Below are positions 57,006-64,000 of a stretch of 64,000 bases of DNA, piece by piece. The first letter of the stretch is position 1. The number at the start of each line of letters is the position of its first letter. Source of the stretch: Elusimicrobiota bacterium (lineage in GTDB: Bacteria; Elusimicrobiota; Elusimicrobia; Elusimicrobiales; UBA9959). The position numbers were made by a program, and so were the translations under genes. The stretch spans positions 68,401 to 132,400 of the forward strand of contig JAPLKI010000006.1 in the NCBI GenBank assembly GCA_026388155.1, in the 5' to 3' direction. The notes beneath the pieces were generated by a model. The model was not told the origin of the DNA and did no database searches. It saw only the letters and a list, made by a program, of their open reading frames with translations.

Positions 57006-57359
57006 TCAGGCGATGCTTTTCAGTAATTTTTTAAACTCCGCGTAAGAGAAAGGTTTGTGCATTATAGCGTCGGCTCCCTTTTCGGAAAGCTTCCGGTCTA
57101 TTTCCTCCTGCTCCACTCCGGTGAGAATGACTATTTTAGGCTTCGGGTTGATCTTGCGCAATTCGTCAAATATCTCCACCCCGGATTTGCCCGGCAGGAT
57201 AAGGTCCAAAAACACCACGTCAGGGTTTAACCTGGTGAAGTGCCGCACCGCTTCCGCGGAGTCCCCGGCTTCGCCCACCACCTCGTGGCCCAGCTTGTCC
57301 AGCATGGATCTGATAATATAGCGCGCAAGCTCGTTGTCGTCAACTATCAAGACTTTCAT
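57006..57359 (-). CDS. CheY-like single-domain response regulator (copy 2)
   Basis: ~80% identical to 55943..56296. Confidence 0.85.
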   Translation of the reverse strand: MKVLIVDDNELARYIIRSMLDKLGHEVVGEAGDSAEAVRHFTRLNPDVVFLDLILPGKSGVEIFDELRKINPKPKIVILTGVEQEEIDRKLSEKGADAIMHKPFSYAEFKKLLKSIA

Positions 57360-57486
57360 AACAAGCCCCCTTTTCGCTTCAACCCCGGATTTCCCTGTTG
57401 AAAATTTTCGCGCAAAGGGGAAACCGCGGTGCGGCGTTCCCTCAGCCGCGGACCCGCCGGGTTGCCTGGCGGGCCAGCCTTAAATT

Positions 57487-58689
57487 TTATGCCCTCGCCG
57501 CGACGCGGATTTTCACTCCGCTCATGGCTTTTTTTCTGAGCATTTCGGCGGCGTTGATTTTTTCCCACTCAAACTTCACGTCCATGCGTCCGAAATGGCC
57601 GTAAGAGGCGGTTTTTCTGAAGACGGGCTCGCGCAGTTTAAGATATCTTATTATGCCGCGGGGCGTGAAATCAAAAGAGTTCAGCACTATTTTTGCAAGC
57701 TTCTCATCCGAGATCACGCCGCTGCCGTGGGTGTCCACATAAAGCCCCACGGGTTCCGCCACGCCGATCGCGTAGGCAACCTGCAGGGTGCACTCCCGGG
57801 CCAGGCCCGCGGCTACTATATTTTTTGCCACATAGCGCGCCATGTAGGCGGCCGAGCGGTCGACTTTGGTCGAGTCTTTGCCGGAGAAAGCGCCGCCGCC
57901 GTGCGGGGCCACGCCGCCGTAGGTGTCCACTATGATCTTTCTGCCGGTCACGCCGGTGTCGGACTGCGGGCCGCCCACCAGGAACTTACCGGTCGGATTT
58001 ATCAGGAACCGGGTGTCTTTATCCAGCAGGTTTTTATCAAGCACCGGCAGGGCCACCGTTTCAATGATCTCGCGCTTGGAGGTCTCGGTGATGTGCATGC
58101 CGGTCTTGTCAAGGATATCCTCGGTGTGCTGCGAAGAAAGCACCACGGTTTCAATGCGCCTCGGCCTGCCGTCCACATACTCCACGGTCACCTGGGATTT
58201 GCCGTCGGGTCCCAGATAATCCAGAATATTTTTCTTCCGTACTTCCGCGAGCCGCATGCTCAAGCGGTGCGCCAGCACCAGCGACATGGGCATGAACTCC
58301 TGGGTTTCATCGCAGGCATACCCGACCATCAGACCCTGGTCGCCGGCTCCGCCGGTATCCACTCCCTGGGCGATATCGGGGGACTGGCGGCCTATAACAT
58401 TTACCACCGCGCAGGTTTCGTAGTTAAATCCGTACTTGGCGTGGGTATAGCCGATGTCCTTTATAACCTGGCGCGCCAGGGTATCCACATCCACATAGGT
58501 TTTGGTCGTAATTTCGCCGCCCACCACCACGAGGCCCCTGGTGATGAAAGTTTCGCAGGCCACGCGGCCCGCCGGATCTTTTTTCATTATCTCGTCCAGC
58601 ACCGCGTCCGAAATCTGGTCGCAGACCTTGTCCGGGTGTCCTTCCGTCACCGATTCCGAGCTTACCAGCCTTTTCCCCTTGAAGTTCAT
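57487..58689 (-). CDS. metK: S-adenosylmethionine synthetase
   Basis: [17 protein letters not shown]…, GGGAFSGKD. Confidence 0.95.
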   Translation of the reverse strand: MNFKGKRLVSSESVTEGHPDKVCDQISDAVLDEIMKKDPAGRVACETFITRGLVVVGGEITTKTYVDVDTLARQVIKDIGYTHAKYGFNYETCAVVNVIGRQSPDIAQGVDTGGAGDQGLMVGYACDETQEFMPMSLVLAHRLSMRLAEVRKKNILDYLGPDGKSQVTVEYVDGRPRRIETVVLSSQHTEDILDKTGMHITETSKREIIETVALPVLDKNLLDKDTRFLINPTGKFLVGGPQSDTGVTGRKIIVDTYGGVAPHGGGAFSGKDSTKVDRSAAYMARYVAKNIVAAGLARECTLQVAYAIGVAEPVGLYVDTHGSGVISDEKLAKIVLNSFDFTPRGIIRYLKLREPVFRKTASYGHFGRMDVKFEWEKINAAEMLRKKAMSGVKIRVAARA

Positions 58690-58712
58690 GTATCCTCCTG
58701 GTTATTCCAGAT

Positions 58713-60131
58713 TTATTTCTGGTCCGTCAGTTTAAGCGCCAACTCAAGAAATTTTTTTGTATTCTCCGGGCTGTCCGTTTCGGCATAGGTCCGAAGCAGC
58801 GGCTCCGTGCCGGAAGGACGCATTAAAAGCCAACTGTCGTCTTCCAAAATTATTTTGAGGCCGTCCATGGTGCTGGTCTCGGCTATTTTCCTGCCCAGGA
58901 GCGTCTTTGGCAGCTTCTTTTTTATTTTCACGGCGAAGGAGTGTTTATTGGGGATCGGCTTTTCAAGCGCGAAATCCCTCCTGGCAAAGAAAGACCTGCC
59001 GTATTTAGTTTCAATCCCTTTGTAAAGTTCCGAAACGGTTTTTTTGGTCTTAACAGCCATTTCCATGAACATCAAAGCGGTAAGCAGACCGTCGCGCTCC
59101 GGCAGATTGCCCTTCCAGGCGTAACCGCCGGATTCCTCAGCGCCGAAAGACACATCCTCGGAGAGCATTTTCTCGGCTATATATTTGAAGCCCACCGGAG
59201 TTTCCTCAAAAGGCAGGTTATGCGCCCTGGCAATGCGACGGGTAAGATAGCCCATGGAAACGGCCTGGGCCAGCTTCCCCTTGAACTTGTTCCGGCTAAG
59301 CAGGTATTCAAAAAGCATGGGCGCTATCTGGCAAGGGGTCATATACTGGCCCTTGTCGGAGACCAAAGCGAAACGGTCGGCGTCTCCGTCAAGCGCCACG
59401 CCGAAAAGCGCTTTATTCTTTCTTACGGCTTCGATCAGCGGTACCAGGTTCTGCTCCACCGGCTCAGGCGCCATGCCGCCGAAAAGCGGGTCGTGGGCGG
59501 CGCGGATCTTTATGATATTTTTCGATTTAAAGATCTCTTCCGCAAGCTCGGCTCCGGTACCGTGCATAAAATCCACTACCACGGGGCCGGGCAGTTTGGC
59601 CATTATCGCCGCTGCGGGCAATTTGGAGTTCAGGTAATCAACGTAAACTTTTTTAAAGGATCTTACGGCCGCCGGCGGGTTGGCGGGAGTGCGCATGGGC
59701 ACGGCTTTTGCCGAATAATTTTCTATCTCGGCTGTCACGGAAGGCGGCGCCGAGCGCCCGTTCTGCTTTATTTTAATGCCATTATAGAAGTGCCGGTTGT
59801 GGCTCGCCGTTATAACCACGCCAAGGCCATAACCTTTAACCGTGAGCAGGCTGATCGCGGGCGTGGGAAGCGGCCCGTCAGCGAGCACGGCAGTAAGTTT
59901 GTTAGCGGCCAGAATATCGGCAAAAGCGCGGGCGAAACGCTCACCCATGAAACGGCGGTCGTAGCCCACTACCACCTGCGGCTTTTCCGGACTGCGCATA
60001 TGCTTATAGGCGATATAATCCGCCATACCCTGCGCTATTTTTCTTACAATTTCATAGGTGAAACCGCGGGCCACTATACCCCTGAAGCCGTCCGTGCCGA
60101 AAGAAATCTGGTTTGACTGGTGAGAACCCAT
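58713..60131 (-). CDS. phosphoglucomutase/phosphomannomutase-family protein
   Basis: GTDGFRG, active-site Ser loop TASHN, Mg loop DGDADR. Confidence 0.85.
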   Translation of the reverse strand: MGSHQSNQISFGTDGFRGIVARGFTYEIVRKIAQGMADYIAYKHMRSPEKPQVVVGYDRRFMGERFARAFADILAANKLTAVLADGPLPTPAISLLTVKGYGLGVVITASHNRHFYNGIKIKQNGRSAPPSVTAEIENYSAKAVPMRTPANPPAAVRSFKKVYVDYLNSKLPAAAIMAKLPGPVVVDFMHGTGAELAEEIFKSKNIIKIRAAHDPLFGGMAPEPVEQNLVPLIEAVRKNKALFGVALDGDADRFALVSDKGQYMTPCQIAPMLFEYLLSRNKFKGKLAQAVSMGYLTRRIARAHNLPFEETPVGFKYIAEKMLSEDVSFGAEESGGYAWKGNLPERDGLLTALMFMEMAVKTKKTVSELYKGIETKYGRSFFARRDFALEKPIPNKHSFAVKIKKKLPKTLLGRKIAETSTMDGLKIILEDDSWLLMRPSGTEPLLRTYAETDSPENTKKFLELALKLTDQK

Positions 60132-60337
60132 TTAGGAACCTCCGCGAAATAACAAGTCCGCTTTGTTTAAACCTGAACTATATGATATTAAAAATATAAT
60201 CTGTTAATCAATATTTTTGCGGGCCAGAAGCGGGAAAAGTGGCCCGAAATCCCCGATATTATGTATATTACAATAGAATATGCTACCAAACTTAAAAAAC
60301 CGGGGATCTTAAAATGTCCCGGAAGGCGGAACCTGAC

Positions 60338-61363
60338 ATGAAAAGAAAGTTGCTGAAAACAGTATGTTTTATCTGCGCGCTGGCGTCTGTCGCGGCGGTT
60401 AACGCGGCGGGCCCCGGCTACCGCGTGATAAAGAAGATCAAGCTGGGCGGTGAAGGCCGCTGGGATTATCTTACCGTGGACGGCGCGGCCCGGCGTTTGT
60501 ATATTTCCAGAGCCACGCATGTGATGGTAGTGGATATAGAGAAAAATAAGCTGGCGGGAGATATACCCGATACTCCGGGTGTGCACGGGATAGCTATCGC
60601 TCCCGCGTTAAACAGGGGCTTTACCAGCAACGGCAAAGCGGACAGCGCCACCATTTTTGACCTGACGACTTTAAAAGTGCTCGGCCAGGTAAAGACCGGC
60701 GGCAATCCGGACTCAATTCTCTTCGACCCGGCCACGAACAGGGTTTTCACGTTCAACGGCAAGAGCCATGATACCACGGTGATTGACGCTTCTTCAGGAA
60801 CCGTCGTAGCCACTATCGCGCTTGGCGGCAAGCCGGAATTTCCCGCGGCGGATGGAGAAGGCCGGGTTTATGTGAACATGGAAGATACCAGCGAGGTGGT
60901 TGAACTTGACAGCCGGAACCTTACGATTACAAAACGCTATCCTCTGAAGCCTTGCGAGGAGCCGTCGGGAATGGGTTTTGACAAAAAGAACCGCAGAATA
61001 TTCTCCGGCTGCGACAATAAAATAATGACCGTACTGGACGCCAATGAAGGCAAAGTTATAGCCGCCGTACCTATCGGCGAAGACGTAGACGGCAACGCTT
61101 TTGACCCTGAAACCGGTTTTATCTTCAGCGCGAACGGGGACGGGACTTTTACTATAGCCCGGGAAATTTCACCCGGCAAGTTTGAGGTTGTTCAGACAGT
61201 GCCCACCAGGAAAGGCACCCGCACCATGGCGATCGACCCTAAAACCCATAACATCTATCTGCCGTCCGCCAAATTCCTGCCGGTCAAAGCCGACAAAGAC
61301 GGAAAAACGCCCAAACCCCAGCCGACAAAGGACAGTTTTACCCTGCTGGTGGTGGGAAAATAA
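60338..61363 (+). CDS. YVTN-family beta-propeller repeat protein (exported)
   Basis: signal peptide; repeated …V…D…T…V…IALGGKP units. Confidence 0.6.
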   Translation: MKRKLLKTVCFICALASVAAVNAAGPGYRVIKKIKLGGEGRWDYLTVDGAARRLYISRATHVMVVDIEKNKLAGDIPDTPGVHGIAIAPALNRGFTSNGKADSATIFDLTTLKVLGQVKTGGNPDSILFDPATNRVFTFNGKSHDTTVIDASSGTVVATIALGGKPEFPAADGEGRVYVNMEDTSEVVELDSRNLTITKRYPLKPCEEPSGMGFDKKNRRIFSGCDNKIMTVLDANEGKVIAAVPIGEDVDGNAFDPETGFIFSANGDGTFTIAREISPGKFEVVQTVPTRKGTRTMAIDPKTHNIYLPSAKFLPVKADKDGKTPKPQPTKDSFTLLVVGK

Positions 61364-61440
61364 GCGGCGGCTGTCGCAAATACATGGTTTTACACCTGAA
61401 AGAGGGCTTTTGTTTATAAATGCAGGAAAAGGAGAAAAAA

Positions 61441-62259
61441 ATGAAGGTATACGCCCGTATTTTAACCGCTGTTCTTGTTTCGGGTTTTGTCGCATCCGCC
61501 GCTTTTGCTGAGGATTCGGAGCCTGTTGAAATGACTGTCGGCTCGCCTCCGATGATATCCGACGATACAGGCACTCCCGGCCCTAAAAGCTGGGAGATCA
61601 ACGCCGTGTTCGATGCCGTTCTTTCCAAAGACAGCAAGTCTTATGAAGTGCCATTATTGGATATCAATTACGGCGTCGGGGAGACCATTCAGTTAAAATA
61701 CGAAGTTCCCTATGTTTTCAACGACAACACAGGCGAGAAAGCCCGCGGCATCTCAAATTCAAAAATTGGCGTGAAGTACAAGTTCTATGATAATGAAAAG
61801 AACGGTTTATCGCTGGCTGTGTATCCTCAAATCGAGTTTCTAACTCCGGGCTCAAAACTCGCAGGCGCCAGGGAAGAAGGCGGCGAAGGCGGAGTGGCCG
61901 AAAAGGGCGTAACTTACGAGCTGCCTTTTCTTTTAACGAAAGAGTTCGGCAAATTCTCCGTCACCGCGAATGTCTCCGGTGAAAGGTCCTCCGAGGATAC
62001 GCATATTGCCGCCTTCGCCAGCTTAGGCGCGGGGACGCGGCTTACGGACAAACTCGCTATTCTGTGTGAAATTGCCGGCTCTGATTTAAACAATGCCGAT
62101 GAAAAACGCGTTTTGGCGAATCTCGGTTTCAAATTTAAATTGAGCGACCAGCACGCCATCGTAGTATCCGCAGGGCGGGACATTCACGCGCCTGCCGGCA
62201 GCCAGAAATATTCTTACGCGACCATCGCTTATCAGCGGTTCATTGAATACAAAAAATAA
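61441..62259 (+). CDS. exported protein, possible outer-membrane beta-barrel
   Basis: signal peptide MKVYARILTAVLVSGFVASAAFA; alternating pattern; C-terminal aromatic residue region; AAGGAG RBS. Confidence 0.4.
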   Translation: MKVYARILTAVLVSGFVASAAFAEDSEPVEMTVGSPPMISDDTGTPGPKSWEINAVFDAVLSKDSKSYEVPLLDINYGVGETIQLKYEVPYVFNDNTGEKARGISNSKIGVKYKFYDNEKNGLSLAVYPQIEFLTPGSKLAGAREEGGEGGVAEKGVTYELPFLLTKEFGKFSVTANVSGERSSEDTHIAAFASLGAGTRLTDKLAILCEIAGSDLNNADEKRVLANLGFKFKLSDQHAIVVSAGRDIHAPAGSQKYSYATIAYQRFIEYKK

Positions 62260-62300
62260 TTCTGATTTTAGCGGCGGCGGGGAACCCTTGCAACTGCGAT

Positions 62301-63161
62301 TTACTGCGCCTGGGCGCGGTTCACTTCCGCCTTTTCCCCGCGCGCTTTGCGTTTTGGCACGATAAACGAATCCAATCGCTTGTTTTCCTCGTCAAATACG
62401 TTTATGGAAAGACCGTCTTCAGAAACGGAAAGCACGCAATAATTGTATTTTTTAAGAAACAGCTGGCTGTATGGATTCTTCTTTTTGAGGTCGTAAAGCG
62501 GGGCGCCGCCTCCGCCCGTTACTATATAACAAACGCCGTCTTTGTACAGCCGTTCATAATCGTGGTCGTGGCCGGCAAATACTATGTCCACTCCGTATTT
62601 TTCAAATAACGGGACCAGAGAGGCCGCCAGTTCCCGGTCGGAGCCGTGTTTGCCTGAGGTGAAAACCGGAATATGCATAATGACAGCGGTAAAGAGATTT
62701 TTGCCGGAAGAGGTTGATAATTGCGCTGCAAGCCAGTTGTATTGTTCCGAACCTTTCCCGAGCGCGCTTTCCGAATCCAGAATAATAAAATTGATCCCGT
62801 TCCTGTCCAGCGAATACCATTTCTTGTTGCCGGGAATTTCCAACTGCCGGAAATAGTTCTTGCCGTTGCCCTCGTGGTTGCCCCTCGCGGGAAAGAAATC
62901 CGTTTTGTTCCTTAATTCCGCGGTTATTTCGCGGAACCGGGCCCACTCATTGAGATTTTTGTCTTTGCCGACGAAGTCCCCCACATGAAAAACGGCGGCG
63001 GGTTTCCAGCGGAGGATTCCGGCCACTATTTTTTTGTGGATTTCATGGCCTGTCCTGCTGTCCCCGTAAACGACCGCCGTCGAGGAGGATAGATCCTGCG
63101 CGGCGGCCGGAAGAATTAAGAACAAGATCTGAAACACCGTCGGCAGTATAATCGCTTTCAT
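62301..63161 (-). CDS. calcineurin-like metallophosphoesterase (exported)
   Basis: GDSRTG…HVGDFV…GNHE…GHDH motifs; start set at MKAIILPTVF with AAGGA RBS. Confidence 0.7.
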   Translation of the reverse strand: MKAIILPTVFQILFLILPAAAQDLSSSTAVVYGDSRTGHEIHKKIVAGILRWKPAAVFHVGDFVGKDKNLNEWARFREITAELRNKTDFFPARGNHEGNGKNYFRQLEIPGNKKWYSLDRNGINFIILDSESALGKGSEQYNWLAAQLSTSSGKNLFTAVIMHIPVFTSGKHGSDRELAASLVPLFEKYGVDIVFAGHDHDYERLYKDGVCYIVTGGGGAPLYDLKKKNPYSQLFLKKYNYCVLSVSEDGLSINVFDEENKRLDSFIVPKRKARGEKAEVNRAQAQ

Positions 63162-63236
63162 AGAAGGTTTTTTCCTTTGTTCACAGGCCCATTGTATCAA
63201 AAATCGAGGAGTTCTCTCCCAGATAAAACATAAATA

Positions 63237-63449
63237 TTGAACAACAAGAATGCCGTTGTTTTTTCCGCCGGGCGCGATATTTACACGCCTGCCGGCAGCC
63301 AGGAATGTTATTACGCTACCACACTTACCGGCAGTTCATTAAATACAAAAATAATTCTGATTTTAGCGGCGGCGGGAAAAATTTACAACCACGATTTACT
63401 GCGCCTGGGCGCGGCCAAGAACGCCGCGCTCTTCCTTGAGCTCGCCTGA
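63237..63449 (+). pseudogene. C-terminal gene fragment derived from duplication of the 61441..62259 gene
   Basis: 70-aa ORF whose first ~35 codons align to last ~34 codons of upstream gene; no N-terminal part. Confidence 0.5.
63252..63414. repeat. ~160-bp diverged duplicate of 62158-62319 (3' end of 61441..62259 gene + convergent intergenic + last codons of neighbouring minus-strand gene)
   Basis: AVVFSAGRDIYTPAGSQ vs AIVVSAGRDIHAPAGSQ; shared …taattctgattttagcggcggcggg…gatttactgcgcctgggcgcgg. Confidence 0.7.
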
Positions 63450-64000
63450 AGGGGTTATGTGCGGGTCAATAATAAATATCGCATAAAGCTCGGCGCTTAA
63501 AGCCAGAACCGCGCGGGCGATCAGCAGGCAGGCTACGCCGTATGTGTTCCACAGGAACCCGCCCATGACCGGGCCGAGCGTCTCGCCAAGGTTTTCGCCG
63601 ATGGTCATAGTGCCGATGGTTTGGGCGCGGCGGGCGCGGTCCGCTCCCGATATCTTTGCCATCATGGCGCCCCAGGCGGGGCGGAACGCCGCCTTGCCCA
63701 TGTCGTCCACAACCTTGCCCACCGCCACGCCCGCCAGCGTGGGGAAGATCAAATAAAGCAAAGAAGAAATAGTGTTTGAGGCGCTCCGGATAAGAAGCAC
63801 AAGCTTGCGGCTGACATTATCGGAAAGCCAACCGAAAAGCGGGCCTGAAACCAGCATGAGAGTGGTTGAAACCCCGAAAATCAGGCCGGTCTGGGCTTCA
63901 CTTAGATGCGCGTACTTGGTCGCTAAAAGCGGGAAGAGCGAGTTCAGCATCGCGCTGGTGCTGGTAATCAGGAACCCGAAACCCGCGAAAGTCAGTATGG
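63396..64000 (-). CDS. MFS transporter (C-terminal part; gene continues beyond window)
   Basis: TM-rich; reading frame open to window edge; C-terminus …RAQAQ overlaps the duplicated segment. Confidence 0.55.
   Translation of the reverse strand, partial: ILTFAGFGFLITSTSAMLNSLFPLLATKYAHLSEAQTGLIFGVSTTLMLVSGPLFGWLSDNVSRKLVLLIRSASNTISSLLYLIFPTLAGVAVGKVVDDMGKAAFRPAWGAMMAKISGADRARRAQTIGTMTIGENLGETLGPVMGGFLWNTYGVACLLIARAVLALSAELYAIFIIDPHITPSGELKEERGVLGRAQAQ

Overview
This 64-kb window is high-GC bacterial DNA with Gram-negative-type features and no rRNA, tRNA, CRISPR array or transposase that I can recognise. It carries a TCA-cycle core: sdhC-sdhA-sdhB, a class I fumarate hydratase, korA/korB (2-oxoacid:ferredoxin oxidoreductase) and sucC-sucD. 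Several accessory modules sit in and around that core:
- An MNT/HEPN (MntA/HepT-type) toxin-antitoxin pair and a zeta-toxin-like P-loop kinase with a small ORF the six-frame track missed.
- A type IV pilin / pseudopilin cluster that includes an 875-aa prepilin-type protein.
- Two adjacent operons reading in opposite directions. The plus-strand one encodes a processive GT2 glycan synthase; the minus-strand one reads GspE N-terminal domain, GspE/PilB ATPase with a receiver domain, a cytoplasmic Cys-rich histidine kinase, a GH26-like hydrolase and a BcsG-like phosphoethanolamine transferase.
- A tandemly duplicated CheY-type response regulator / CheC-family phosphatase-like pair.
- An ECF sigma / anti-sigma operon, a subtilisin-family S8 peptidase, a flotillin with a triplicated N-terminal repeat, a large NHL/transglutaminase/TPR protein, and housekeeping genes (serS, metK, rimO, pgm/pmm).

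The intergenic DNA is unusually rich in families of structured repeats:
- At least 8 copies of a palindromic element with core AGGGAAGGAGTTCCTTA (family A), found even inside the sdhA-sdhB and sucC-sucD intercistronic gaps.
- A roughly 37-nt hairpin (CCCCGCACTTT-loop-AAAGTGCGGGG, family B) that in three cases sits directly ahead of a GGGAGG Shine-Dalgarno box and a start codon, and in one case lies in-frame inside an ORF.
- A pair of roughly 160-290 bp multi-stem elements (family C) that flank the fumarase gene in inverted orientation.

The features most worth following up are: the GspE-family ATPase whose N-domain and ATPase-receiver halves are separated only by an in-frame TAG; the hairpin-SD module; the repeat-bracketed fumarase locus with a roughly 500-nt structured non-coding region beside it; and a 160-bp segmental duplication near the 3' end of the window.
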